Shown here piece after piece: positions 37,943-51,591 of a stretch of 64,000 nt of DNA (position 1 is the stretch's first letter; every line of letters starts with the position of its first letter). Position numbers and translations under genes: made by a program. The notes under the pieces are model-generated. The model made no database searches and had not been told where the DNA came from. It saw nothing but the letters and a program-made list of their open reading frames with translations. Source of the DNA: Octopus vulgaris (taxonomy: Eukaryota). The stretch spans positions 14,942,001-15,006,000 of the forward strand of contig OX597817.1 in NCBI GenBank assembly GCA_951406725.2, in the 5' to 3' direction.

Positions 37943-38994
37943 TTGGGGAAATTTTGAACCTAAATATATATATTTAGTGTTTTTGAATATTATCCTTTTA
38001 TTGCGTGAGAAGACTCGGCAGGACAAGTGAGACCATAACCCGTGGCCTCTACCTGGGATGTAGCGAGTCCCATACCTTTCCTTCTTGGGACACAAAACTC
38101 TACTTGCGAAGACCTGTTGAGGCAAGTGAAATCGGAATTGAAATCGAAATCGATGAAAATCAATGGAAATTGTAGTTGTGCCAGTGGCACGTAAGAGAAC
38201 CATCTGAACGTGGCCATTGCCAGTGCCGCCCCAACTGGCCTCTGTGCCGGTGGCACGTAAAAAGCACCATCTGATCGTGACTGTTGCCAGCCTCGTCTGG
38301 TACCTGTGCCGGTGGCACGTAAAAAGCACCCACTACACTCACGGAGTGGTTGGCATTAGGAAGGGCATCCAGCTGTAGAAACACTGCCAGATCAGACTGG
38401 GCCTGGTGCAGCCTCCTAACTTCCCAGACCCCAGTTGAACCGTCCAACCCATGCTAGCATGGAAAGCGGACGTTAAACGATGATGATGATATTATATATC
38501 TGAGAAAGTATGTTGCTATATCCATTTTCCCCTTCCGCTCATTCTTTTATATGTAACTATTACCAACTCCTTGCTGCCACCCCAGTACTGAACCTTTGTT
38601 TTACTCTTCCTGCTCTTCATTGAAGGCTTTGCTACTTCCAGTCTTTCTCTTTCTGTCTTACTTTTTCTATCACTATTTGTTTTTCTTTATTTTTTTATCT
38701 TCTCATTCTTACTACCTGTTTATTATCAAATCATTTTTACCTTCATCTTGCCACCCATCTTCTCTCTTTGTCACACACTTTATCTTTATTTTATCGCTCT
38801 AGTTTATCTTTCTCCCCTTCCTTCAAAAATCAATAGCAGCTAAATTCTTGATTAATGAAGAGCTGGTATTGATTAAGCAGATACATATAATTTCATACTA
38901 GCTGATTTTAAATTAAGTGGGAAGACAAATTTCATAGATGCAAATTCAAAATATGTTAATTACAAATTGTAGTCTTTTACAAAATTTAGCTACA

Positions 38995-39225
38995 TTTTCT
39001 TTACTACCCACAAGGGGCTAAACACAGAGAGGACAAACAAGGACAGACAAACAGATTAAGTCGATTATAGCGACCCCAGTGCGTAACTGGTACTTAATTT
39101 ATTGACCCAAAAAGGATGAAAGGCAAAGTCGACCTCGACGGAATTTGAACTCAGAACGTAACGGTAGACGAAATACCGCTTAGCACTTCACCCGGCGTGC
39201 TAACGTTTCTGCCAGCTCGTCGCCC
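38995..39225 (-). mobile_element. tRNA-derived SINE family D (representative)
   Basis: Head GGCG(A/G)CGAGCTGGCAGAAACGTTAGC...GAGTTCAAATTCC, body GTCGACTTTGCCTTTCATCCTTTCGGGGTCGATAAA. Other copies at about 24988-25155(+), 42463-42698(-), 48918-49040(+), 58965-59170(+), 59605-59815(+), 62416-62635(+), 62710-62900(-). Confidence 0.85.
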
Positions 39226-42200
39226 TGGGGGCCATGCACATATTTTGATCTTGTTTACAAATGAGATTCACTCCAATCAAATTGATTCCATCATATCTGC
39301 TGCCAGAGCTTTGCAAGGAGACAGAGTTCTTCAATATTGATAAAATCCACATGGTTCCAAGACCATTTGTTGAGAAGACTCAAGCAAGGCTATCTTGCTT
39401 ACAGAAAAAGGGTACCAAAGGATGTAGGCTTTAAAATCTTGGTTGGGGACAAAAGAAAGTTGTTTGTTGCCTACCCCTGACCAAGACATTGCACTTTCCA
39501 TTGCATTGTTATCTTTATTGAACTCATAAAACAAAATATGCCGAATATGCTCCTTTGTCACTTCCATTATAGCTTTGAAAATATAACTGTTGAAATGAAA
39601 CTGCACTCTTCAAAACTTGCACTAAAAATTAAGTACAAGGAAAATTTAATACCTGCTTTTATAGCAAGTTGATACATGTAGTTTATCCTGTCCCCATCCA
39701 ACTTTTAGTTCATGAAATTGAAAAAAAATGCATTATTTATGGGGTGACCCAATATATATATAAATCGTTTAAATATTCAAAGGGAGGGATCTATGAAAAC
39801 AAATGTTATTCACTAATCATGCAATTATATGAAATAATTAGAAGAATTTATGTCAGTTTATGTTGAAAGTAAACAAAATTCACTTGCTTGCTTTTCTACT
39901 TATTCAAACCTATATGCCTGTATATGTGTGTGTGTTTGCTTATGTATCTCAATGTGCTTTTGATATTAATGTCTCTCAGTGTTTAAGGCTTGTATGTATT
40001 TGAATTGCAGATGCTTAGGTCCTTGTCTTAACATGAAGTGTCATAGGTGTATGCATTATAGCTTTCTACTGTCCACACCCTCCCTCATCCTGAGTGATGC
40101 TTGAGAGAAACCATTTGCATCATCATCATCATCATCATCATTTATCATCTGTTTTTCCATGCTGGCATGGGTTGTATTGTTTGACTGGCTCTGATAATTC
40201 ACAGACTTGCATTGAGTTCCAATATCAACTTTGGCGTGGTTTCTATGATTGGATGCCCTTTCTAACACCAACCATTTTCCAGTGTGTACCTGGTGAGGTC
40301 ACCAAGTACTTTGGGAACCAGGGAAAGAGCAGGAAAAGGGAAAAGAAAGCCCCTTGATTAACCCTTTTGTTACTGTATTTATTTTGAGATTCTCTGTGTT
40401 TCTTTCAATTACTTTAAATATAACAAAGAATTTAGTAAAATATCTTAGTTTTCATTCAGCTAGTGTTAGGAACATAAATTGTGACTAAGGTTTGGTGGAA
40501 GATTTTAATTCAAAACTTATGAAAACAAGACATTTGTACTCAGATCCAGAGCCGGTTTCAGCCGGGTTGGTAACGAAAGGGTTAAATGGGGGAAGTAGTT
40601 AAGAGTGGAGCAGTGGCTTTATGCCAGGTGCTGAAATGTTAACGTTATGATAGAGGGACAGGTGCAGGTATCTTGCTCTAAAGAAGGTACATGACTGCCC
40701 TGCATTTTATAAGGTTAGGTAAGAGTAGCTGAAAAGAAGAAAAGAGAGTAATGGGCTGCCAGAGCAAACCCCTCGTGTATAAGGTGAGCATAAGAGAGAA
40801 TACATGCAGTGGATTGGCGGTGGAGGGAGGGGAGTAGTTTCATAAGAATGTGAGGGGAGATGGTTGGAAATGGTGGTAGACGCGAATGTAGCAAGTGATG
40901 AGCAAAGGTGGAGGTGCAGTTGATGAGAAAATACCAATATAAAGAGGGGTTAAGGTGAGAGGAACAGAGGTAGCTTAGGGTGGAAGAGAGAACAGATAGA
41001 TGGTAGGGAGGTGATGTGCAAGGTGTAGGAGTGGTGGGGAAGGGACATGTAAGAGTGCATGAGGGTGGCTAAAGTGAGTGGGGCACGATGACAGATAGGA
41101 GAAGGTGCTGAGATGAAGTACGACAGAGGAGAGGGATGGATGGCACAGAAACGAAGTTAATCTGTGAGAATAGTGTGGGAAGGAATGATAATGAGAATGC
41201 AAGACTGAAGGGGTGCGGGTGGGGGGGGGGGGGTAACTGGGACAAGAAAGAATAAATGGTGAGAGATGTAACATTTGCCAGTTCTGCTCTCAAAGCAGCC
41301 AAGTAGGGCTGTGGCTAGAGAAGTGATGGGTGTTAGAGGAAGTGGAGTATATAAATGTGTGTGTGTGTGTGTGTGTGTGTACATCTTTGCACTTTTACAT
41401 ACATATATAGATGAGTCAGTGTGTTTACATTTATGTCTAAAGCAAGAAATTTTTGTCCATAGCAAATTACACATATGACTTTCTTACGGGGTTTGAATAT
41501 GCCTGAAACATATTTGACCCTTTCGATACCGTATTTATTTTGAGATATTCTGTGTTTCTTTTGAATTACGTTAAATATAACAAAGAATTTAGTAAAATAA
41601 CTTTGTTATCATTCAACTAGTGTTAGGAACATAAATTGTGACTAAGGTTTGGTGGAAGATTTTAATTCAAAACTTATGAAAACAAGACATTTGTACTACA
41701 GAGCCAGAAGCGGTTTCAGCCCAGTTGGTATCAAAAGGGTTAAAAATATCATGGTGACTTGAACCCTTTTGTTACTGTATTTCTGTTGAGATGCTCTGTG
41801 TTTCTTTCAATTAATTTTAAATATAACAAAGAATTTAGTAAAATAACTTAGTTATCATTCAACTAGTGTTAGGAACATAAATTGTGACTAAGGTTTGGTG
41901 GAAGATTTTAATTCAAAACTTATGAAAACAAGACATTTGTACTCAAAGCCAGAGCCGGTTTCAGCCGGGTTGGTGCTGAAAGGGTTAAACTGGTAATAAG
42001 TTTGTATGTATAAATGTGTGTGTGTGTGTATTTATGTCTCCTTGTCTTGACATTATGTGATGGTTATAAATGATTATCCCTGTTATTCATTTCCAACAAT
42101 ATTCTGTAGGAATGATTGATTGATTGATTCTAGTTTCAGCTCATGAGCTGTGGCCATGCTGGGGCACCAGGAATGTGTTTGTCCGGAGAAAATTTGCCTC

Positions 42201-45200
42201 CATAAATTCCATCAAATCCATGCAAGCATGGAAAAATGGCCAATAAAATGACAAAAAAAAAAATGAGTGTTCACCATTTTCAGTGTCTCTCAAAACTGTT
42301 AATTTGCACTCAAATGCTTCTAGCAACTAAAGAGATGTTTTCTTTTCCCTGGATGACTTTTGCAAAACAAGTTCAAATGACGTTAAATTTTGATCTACCG
42401 TAAAATGCAAATTTTCCTGCTAACCAGACATTTTCAGTTCAGGGAAGCAGCTATCATTACCTATTTCTATTTCTTTACTACCCACAAGGGGCTAAACACA
42501 GAGAGGACAAACCAGGACAAACAAACAGATTAAGTCGATTATATCGACCCCAGTGCGTAACTGGTACTTATTTAATCAACCTCGAAAGGATGAAAGGCAA
42601 AGTCGACCTTGGCGGAATTTGAACTCAGAACGTAGCAGCAGACAAAATACCACTAAGCATTTCACCCGGCATGTTAACATTTCTGCCAGCTCGCCGCCTT
42701 TTGGATAAACTTTTATCATTACCATTAAGTGGTTTACAAGGATTGCTTTATGTATTCTGTGCTAGCTGTAAATCTTTTCGCAAACATCATCACCTTAAGA
42801 AAACCCTCAGATGTTATTGTGTAGCAATAAATCTGAATAACTGCAATCAACCTCCCCTAAAAATGCACAGAATTGTCAGTCACTTAGACTTCTTGCCATT
42901 ATCTTGTTTACAATTTTGTCAGCAAGATTGAAGAAATCTTGGTAAAATAATACAGTGAAAGGAAAGCTAGTTTTGATTAAGTAAATTCATCAGTGAAGTC
43001 ACAAATGTTTTCATCATCCTTTTCATAATTGGTACTCTATCTATTGTTACTGAAAACAAATTTTTGTGCTTCTTTTTCTCTTTCAACCAATTTAAAACAC
43101 TTGGCAGATATCTTTGCCTTTTGTCTGGCCTTTAACCCTTTCGTTACTGCATTTATTTTGAGATGCTCTGTGTTTCTTTCAATTACTTTAAATATAACAA
43201 AGAATTTAGTAAAATAACTTAGTTATCATTCAGCTAGTGTTAGGAACATAAATTGTGACTAAGGTTTGGTGGAAGATTTTAATTCAAAACTAATGAAAAC
43301 AAGACATTTGTACTACAGAGCCAGAGCCGGTTTCAGCCGGGTTGGTAACAAAAGGGTTAAATAGTATCAATTCATTCACTTCTTTTTGAGAACTTTTTAA
43401 GAATGAGTATTTCTACATTAAAAATGCATTCTGTTAAATGTTATTTACATCACATATAATTACATATACTAGAACAGAATTCATGTTTTTAATTTATTGT
43501 TCATCATCATCATCGTTTAACGTCCGTTTTCCGCGCTAGCACGGGTTGGACGGTTCGACCGGGGTCTGGGAAGCGAGGAGGCTGCACCAGGCTCCAGTTT
43601 GAGCTGGCAGTGTTTCTACAGCTGGATGCCCTTCCTAACGCCAACCACTCCGCGAGTGTAGTGGGTGCTTTTTACGTGCCACCGGCATAGGTGCCAGGGG
43701 AGTCTGGCAGCAGCCCCGATCGGTTGGTGCTTTTAACGTGCCACCGGCACGGAAGCCAGTCAAGGCGGCACTGGCATCGGCCACAGTCGAGGCGGCGCTG
43801 GCATCGGCCATGTTCGAATGGTGCTTTTTATGTGCCACTGGCACAGGTATCACAACTACTATTTCCATTGATATTTATTTCGATATTTAATATCATATCT
43901 GTTGCTCTTTGATCTTACCAAGAAAGACATTTCTTTGATAGTAATTATCATATCATTTTTGTCATTAAAGTTGGAAAATAAATAGTCAGCAATAATTAAG
44001 AACATTTCTTTCCTATAGTCTTTGTTATGAAAGTATTTCCCATAACATACAATTGTCTTTGGTACAATAAAATTAGCAAAAGTAATCAATTTTGTGTTGT
44101 AAAAAATTGCCCAAAATTAGCTCAACTCTTTTTTTATTTCTTCTCCTGTTCAAGGGTCACTCTTCTGCATTTGCCACTAACTGGCTATTTTTCAGCAAAA
44201 GAAGAGTTTTTATTCGTAAAATGTTATTCTTAGTTACTTTTTATTGTTGAAAAATCTTTCGCAAAATTTTAAGATCTATAGTAAAGCCTACTACCTCTTC
44301 AACAAAAACGTAGATCGCCATCCAATCTCTGTTGGTCTTTTTTCCATAATCAGTATTTTCTATTTTTGGTCTGACATAATTACTCTGTTATTCCATTACT
44401 ATAAAATTTTTACAAAAAGTTTATCCATAAAATTTTACTGCATAATAGTGGCAAAGAAAACAAATCACAAAAGATGTTGATCGTAAGCTCTTGGATACAG
44501 CACAAAATCATTATTGAACTACAATAAATCAATTCATAATAATCATCAGTATCAGCTTGTATGCTCCAAAAATAGTATGAGATATAACTATAAATTTGTA
44601 TCCAGCTTGTGAGTTTGGGACTTGAATTTGGTGTCTAAAAATTTTAATTAAAAAAATAAATTTTAATCCTAGATTTTCTAACAATCTTTATTTCATCATC
44701 ATGATTTAATATCCACATTTCCATTCTTGGATTGGTCAGATTTTGTTGAGGTAGATTTTTTTACAGCTGGATGCCCTTCCTGTCACCAACCTTCCTTTGC
44801 TTCCAAGCAAGGTAATATTTCCTGTGGCCAGACATGAAGACTACAAATAAACTTGTATGACTGTGATGCTCATTTTACAACCTTCATGTGATGTCAAGAC
44901 ACCCAAATGCATGCATGCACACTCACACACACACAGATAGCTTTGGTCCAAGGGTAAAACACCTGTCATCTTTACAAGAGATGTGGGTTTGAGTCCCATG
45001 GGCAGACTTTGGCTTTTTGAAGTGCAGGTATGGCTGTGGTAAGAAGTTTACTTACCAACAACATGGTCCTGGGTTCAGTTTTCCATTATTACCCTGGGTC
45101 AGCCAAATACTTGTGAGGAGATTTGGTAAACATAAACTGAGAAAACCCTGTCATATATATGTATATATATATGTGTGTATCTATGTGTGTATGTGTCTTT

Positions 45201-48200
45201 TCATATGTATTTGTCACCCACTACCACTTGGCAACCAGTGTTGGTTTGTTTACAGCCCTGTAACTTAGAAATTGATAAAATAAGTGCCTTAAAAATAAGT
45301 ACTGGGATTGATTTGGTCAACTAAACACTTCAAGATAGTGCTCCAGCAAGGCTGCAGTCCAATGACTGAAATAAGTAAAAGATAAAAGATAACAATAGAT
45401 ACAGTTTCCATCTATCAAATCCACTCACAAGGCTTTGGTCAACTTGGGGCTATAGTAGAAGACACTGGCCCAAAGTGCTACACTGAGATTAAATTTGAAA
45501 TGCAATATGATAATAAAATTATATTTTTTTAAATAATGATTTCAGCAGGTATGAATTTTTATGTCACTTTGGTGTTTGTGTGTGTTTTATTAAATTATTT
45601 AAAAGCCAAATTAGATAAAGCTAAGATGCTGCATAAGTCAATTATATACAGTGAAAAATTATTGAAGTCTTTGAGAATAATCAATAGTTACGCCTTCAAA
45701 ATAATTTCATGATGTTTTGTAGTTATAAATTATTTAATTAAAAATAAAAATTAACAAAATAAAACCAAAAACAGAAAAAGTATTAAAAATGTCCTGATAT
45801 GATCATCATATGAAAATAAATCATTAAAGTTTTTGCCAAAGCCAAACCCAAAATGAAATGAATCTATACCTGGTTGTTTGATTACCAGTAAAGGACTTAT
45901 CTTTAGAAATACTCATAAAAAAAGTTTTTATAGATCATACAAGTACGGAGTGGCTGTGTGGTAAGTAGCTTGCTTACCAGCCACATGGTTCCGGGTTCAG
46001 TCCCACTGCGTGGTACCTTGGGCAAGTGTCTTCTGCTATAGCCTTGGGCTGACCAAAGCCTTGTGAGTGGATTTGGTAGATGGAAACTGAAAGAAGCCCG
46101 TCGTATATATGTATATATATGTGTGTGTGTATGTGTTTGTGTGTCTGTGTTTGTCCCCCTAGCATTGCTTGACAACCGATGCTGGTGTGTATACGTCCCC
46201 GTTACTTAGCGGTTTGGCAAAAGAGACCGATAGAATAAGTACTAGGCTTACAAGGAATAAGTCCTTGGGTCAATTTGCTTGACTAAAGGCGGTGCTCCAG
46301 CATGGCCGCAGTCAAATGACTGAAACAAGTAAAAGAGTAAAGAGTAAGTACCTCCGAGTTTATCAGACAGTAAATACCATATTGAAAAATTATCTATTTG
46401 TATGCCCCAGGTGGTACACTAAATCTATGCCACTGATATATACAATTTCTGGCTACCAAATTCCACCAATTAGATGTAGGTCAACCCAAGGCTATGGTAG
46501 AAATGGCTTGTTTAATACGCTGAGCAGTGAGGTCAAACATAGAAATTCTTAACCACATAACCATACTTCCACTTCCATGCACTTTGCATTCCATGACACC
46601 CATTAACAATATTCTTCTTATAGACTATCTTTGCCCAAAAAGAAAAAAAATCTTTTGTTGGCAGCAGCTCTTTAAACTCTTTACTCTTTTTACTATTTTA
46701 TTTGTTTCAGTCATTTGACTGTGGCCATGCTGGAGCACCGCCTTTAGTCGAGCAAATCGACCCCGGGACTTATTCTTTGTAAGCCCAGTACTTATTCTAT
46801 CGGTCTCTTTTGCCGAACTGCTAAGTGACGGGGACGTAAACACACCAGCATCGGTTGTCAAGCAATGCTAGGGGGACAAACACAGACACACAAACATATA
46901 CACACACACTTATATATATATACATATGTACGACAGGCTTCTTTCAGTTTCCGTCTACCAAATCCACTCACAAGGCATTGGTCGACCCGGGGCTATAGCA
47001 GAAAACACTTGCCCAAGATGCCACGCAGTGGGACTGAACCCGGAACCATGTGGTTGGTTAGCAAGCTACTTACCACACAGCCACTCCTGTCCCCTATTCT
47101 TTCACTACAGCCACATCATCATTTAGCACCTGCTTTCTATGCTGACATGGGTTAAACAGTTTCACTGGAACTGGTAAGCTGGAGAGCTGCACCAAGTTCC
47201 TGTCTGATATGGCATGGTTTCTACGACTGGATGCCCTTCCTAATGCCAACCATCACCAGCACAGGTGCCAATTACATGACACAGACATCAGCCACAAGTA
47301 CAATTTCATTTGGTTTGATGGCTCTTCTCAAGCATGGCATATCACCAATGGTCCTGGAGGTATTAATTAGATCACCTGGCTAATAGAAATTATTAAGTCC
47401 ATCAAGTGAGCTGAATATTCACTGCAGGCAATAAAAATTGCTTTTTCATATGAAACTGAATTTTTCGAGTTACTCTGCACATAAAGAACCAGCTATCACT
47501 CACAAATGAGTATGGATTAATTAATTGTTTTGAGTACTTATGTAGTGGTCATGAGCAGGCATAGACACCCTCTTGACTTTCCCATCTTTTGACCTAATAC
47601 TACATTCAACATGAGAGCTGGAGGATGAGAGAGCTGCACCAGCACTTGGTTGGTACTTATTTTCAGTTGAAGAGACTGGAGGAATGTGAAATGAAGTGCC
47701 TTGCTCAAGGACATCATGAACCAAACACCCTAACCACTATGCCATGTGCCTTCACTATTTTGCTGGTGGCACGTAAAAAGCACCATCCAACCGTGTAAAA
47801 AGCACCATCCGATCGTGGCCGTTTGCCAGCCTCGCCTGGCCCCCGTGCCGGTGGCACGTAAAAAGCACCATCCGATCGTGGCCGTTTGCCAGCCCCATCT
47901 GGCACCTAAAAAGCACCCACTACACTCACGGAGTGGTTGGCGTTAGGAAGGGCATCCAGCCGTAGAAACATTGCCAGATCAGACTGGGCCTGGTGCAGCC
48001 TTCTGGCTCCCCGGACCCCAGTTGAACCATCCAACCCATGCTAGCATGGAAAGCGGATGCTAAATGATGATGATGATGATGATGATCTGTGGTCTGAAAT
48101 CCCTATTGAAAACACCACAGAAATTGATGATTGTATTTTTCTTTCATCATCATTATCATTGTCATTGTCATTTTACAACCGTTTTTCCATACCAGCATGG

Positions 48201-48281
48201 GTTGATTGGGTTTCATAGCATTTTGTTATTTACACAGTCCTTCATTTTCCATACCAGCATGTGTGTGTGATGGGTTTATGG

Positions 48282-48526
48282 GAAAGGTAAGAGAGTCCAG
48301 TTTGCTGGACATTGTTGTAGAGCTGAAAAAGAGGTAATTTCTACTCTTCTCCTCTAGAAGCCATCTACTCGCAATACCAGAGGGCGCACACTCTCCTACC
48401 CTGATGTAATCTCCAGGGATATAGGCATCCAGCAACAGGACCTCTGTAATGCCATGATGGACCGTGAAGTCTGGCGTAGCATGGTAAATTTCATTGTCTC
48501 AACCACGGTCGAACAATGATGATGAT
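48282..48526 (+). mobile_element. RTE-type LINE 3' fragment (family E)
   Basis: RVQFAGHCCRAEKEVIS...SYPDVISRD...MMDREVWR, then (GAT)n tail. Confidence 0.75.
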
Positions 48527-49126
48527 GGGTTCTTTTTTTTACAAATGGATACTCTTTTTATTACCAGCAATTTTATGACATGAACTGAGGGCATTTTTTC
48601 ATGCCACTAGCACTAACGAAGTCTGATGAAGACCAAAAGGTATCATCTCTACCCTGTATTAATTCTTAATTAGGGTTATTACTCTCCTAAACAAGTTGTC
48701 TTCAGTGTGACTTATAGACTCCTCTAGTGAATATTCACAAACTCTAAGTAAAAGAGATAAAGGAAGTCTGAAATGGGGATGGCTGAGCAACATCAAGGAA
48801 TGAACAGGGAGGAAGATGACGGCAAACATGAGATGGGCTAGTGACCAAGAAAGATGGTGGGAAAAGATTGCTTCTATTTCTGTGCATATAGAGCCACCCA
48901 CAGCTCTGGGTTTCAATTGAAATTCCGCCGAGGTCGACTTTGCCTTTCATCCTTTCGGGGTCGATAAATTAAGTACCAGTTGCGCACTGGGGTCGATGTA
49001 ATCGACTTAATACCTATGTCTGTCCTTGTTTGTCCCCTCTGGGTTTCAATTGATACTTGTATTGTTATTGACTCTATAGATTGATAATTTATTTTATTTA
49101 CATGGTTACTTATGTTCTCCATTTAG

Positions 49127-49276
49127 GAATTAACACATGGACTTGATCTGAAAACTTGTCGCTGGAAATTTGTTGGTTCCCTTGAACCTCCTCGTGTAGT
49201 TCATGTCCGTGTCACAGAATTATTAAGCAAGGAGAACCTTTATGCTCAGATTACAATCCGCTTACACACCCAACAG
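49127..49276 (+). CDS. MRPL45: MRPL45 exon 7 (Tim44-like domain)
   Basis: atttag| acceptor; ELTHGLDLKTCRWKFVGSLEPPRVVHVRVTELLSKENLYAQITIRLHTQQ; CAG|GTCAGT donor; 150 nt, phase 0-0. Confidence 0.95.
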
Positions 49277-49475
49277 GTCAGTATTCTAAACTTTTGATGG
49301 TATTTGTCTTATGCATTATTTATTTTAAAATATTGATTTTGTACTTATAGATGCCTACGTTTTAAGATTTTTCAGTTAAATGTATTGTATTTGTTACTTT
49401 CAAAATGACTGTCCTTGTTTTTACTTTAAATGACACAAGATATACTTAAATATAAGATTAATGTAATAATGTAAA

Positions 49476-49723
49476 GTATACTAGCCATATCAATATTGCT
49501 AACCACTAAGGGTGGGTGTTACTGTAGCTTTTAGCCCCAGGAGATCATCATCTCCAGCTGGCTTTAGGTACACTTTCTGTGCCCTTATGGTATTTGCAAA
49601 GGGACATACCATATGGGCACCGAAAGTGTGCCTAAAGCCAGTTGGAGACGATGATCTCCTGGGGCTAAAAGCTACAGTAACACCCACCCGTAGTGGTTAG
49701 CCATATTGAGATGGCTAGTATAC
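49476..49723. repeat. 248-bp near-perfect palindrome (foldback element)
   Basis: GTATACTAGCCAT...ATGGCTAGTATAC; arms about 118 bp with a short loop; the mirror-image ORFs 49499-49687(-) and 49512-49700(+) reflect this symmetry. Confidence 0.95.
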
Positions 49724-49896
49724 CTCACGTTGTCGAGCAGTTACTGTTTACATCTCGTTCAGAGATTTATTATTAATGTAATAATGTATTTTATTAAAAT
49801 TACACACACACACACACACTTTGTATCTTGAAGGGACTTTTTCCCTCTGCAGCTTTTAAGTGCATAAACAATCACAGACAGTATGTGACATCAATA

Positions 49897-50235
49897 ATCA
49901 TCATCATCATTGTTCGACCGTGGTCGAGACAATGGAATTTACCATGCTACGCCAGACTTCACGGTCCATCATGGCATTACGGAGGTCCTGTTGCTGGATG
50001 CCTGTATCCCTGGAGATTAATTACATCAGGGTAGGAGAGTGTGCGCCCTCTGGTATTGCGAGTAGATGGCTTCCAGAGGAGAAGAGTAGAAATTACTTCT
50101 TTTTCAGCTCTACAACAATGTCCAGCAAACTGGACTCTCCTACCTTTCACAAGAGATGACACAGGTGGTAATTTCCCATATATTTGCATTTTGGTTGGAT
50201 GGCGCTTCCACGAGAGATTTTGAGCTCTCATAAGG
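49897..50235 (-). mobile_element. Family E LINE 3' fragment, inverted relative to 48282-48526
   Basis: NLSWKRHPTKMQIYGKLPPVSSLVKGRRVQFAGHCCRAEKE; highly similar reverse complement of the upstream copy. Confidence 0.8.
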
Positions 50236-50270
50236 ATTACATTACTAGAGCTGCTTATAATTCAAAATTC

Positions 50271-50694
50271 GGATCTTTTCGGTTTGAACGGCAGTTTTTA
50301 ACATAATTTCTAAGTAACTAAAAAATTTAAAACTTCGTATACTGGTAGAATGTGTTTATAAAACATCTTTTTCTCTTGGCTTTATTGAGAAAATTTGATA
50401 GTTTGTAAGCTATTTGTTGTTTTTTCTTCAATTTCTGCAATTTCAACCAATCAAATATGTCTATTGAGGTAAAAAACATTCTGTGCCGTATGAATATGTC
50501 CCTCGTTTAAGAAACAGATTGGGTTTATTTACATTTGTGAAAAAAAAAGATACCCTTCCTCCCACCCCGAACCCTAACTAACCTTAATCCTAAAACAAAT
50601 TGAAATGCAATAGATCGATACTAGGGTCATAATTATGGGTGACAATTTCATATGACACCGCTGGAAAAAACTACCGTTCTAACCGAAAAGATCC
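50271..50694. mobile_element. MITE with GG...CC termini and 8-bp TSD (Merlin-like)
   Basis: TIR GGATCTTTTCGGTTTGAACGG / CCGTTCTAACCGAAAAGATCC; TSD CAAAATTC at 50263-50270 and 50695-50702. Confidence 0.8.
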
Positions 50695-51523
50695 CAAAAT
50701 TCAATGTTTGTGGGGGGGGAGAGTGTGTGATTGGAATCTACAAGTTAAGAATATTACGCGAGAAAAATTTTCACAATTACTTGAGTTGATTGTTATTTTC
50801 CAACATTGACATCCTAGATTTTAACCCTGGTAATTGTGGTTTACCTCAACTCTTAAGCATTTAAACTGGCTACAGATATTCTACCTGCTTTATGTTCTCA
50901 CCAGCCACCAGTCTCTCTTACCTGCCCTGTAATGCCCTTCTATAAATAAACAATCACATCATCAGAATCGCAAAGCTGAGATAATGCAGGGATAAATAAG
51001 CATTCCATCTGACAGAGTAATCTGAATGTTAAAGGGTTAGATACCCAGGTTTCCAGTTTTTGGTAAATTGCAAGCTATTCCAGAACTATATGGCACATTA
51101 CTCTTTACTCTCTTTTACTTGTTTCGGTCATTTGACTGCGACCATGCTGGAGCACCGCCTTTAGTCGAGCAAATCGACCCCGGGACTTATTCTTTGTAAG
51201 CCCAGTACTTATTCTATTGGTCTCTTTTGCCGAACCGCTAAGTGACAGGGACGTAAACACACCAGCATCGGTTGTCAAGCGATGCTAGGGGGACAAACAC
51301 AGACACACAAACACATACACACACATATATATATACTCTTTTTTACTCTTTTTACTCTTTTACTTGTTTCAGTCATTTGACTGCGGCCATGCTGGAGCAC
51401 CACCTTTTTAGTACTTATTCTATCGGTCTCTTTTTGCCGAACCGCTAAGTGACGGGGACATAAACACACCAGCATCGGTTGTCAAGCAATGCTAGGGAGA
51501 CAAACACAGACACACAAACACAT

Positions 51524-51591
<68 letters not shown>

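Noticed and set aside
40700-41340. Purine-rich tract giving Pro/Ser/His-rich minus-strand ORFs
   Set aside because: Low-complexity sequence, perhaps a very old LINE remnant; no motif supports a call.
48623-48650. CTGATGA-AGACC-AAAA-GGT hammerhead-like start
   Set aside because: No GAAA and no stems I or III.
49499-49700. Two near-identical ORFs on opposite strands
   Set aside because: Direct consequence of the DNA palindrome.
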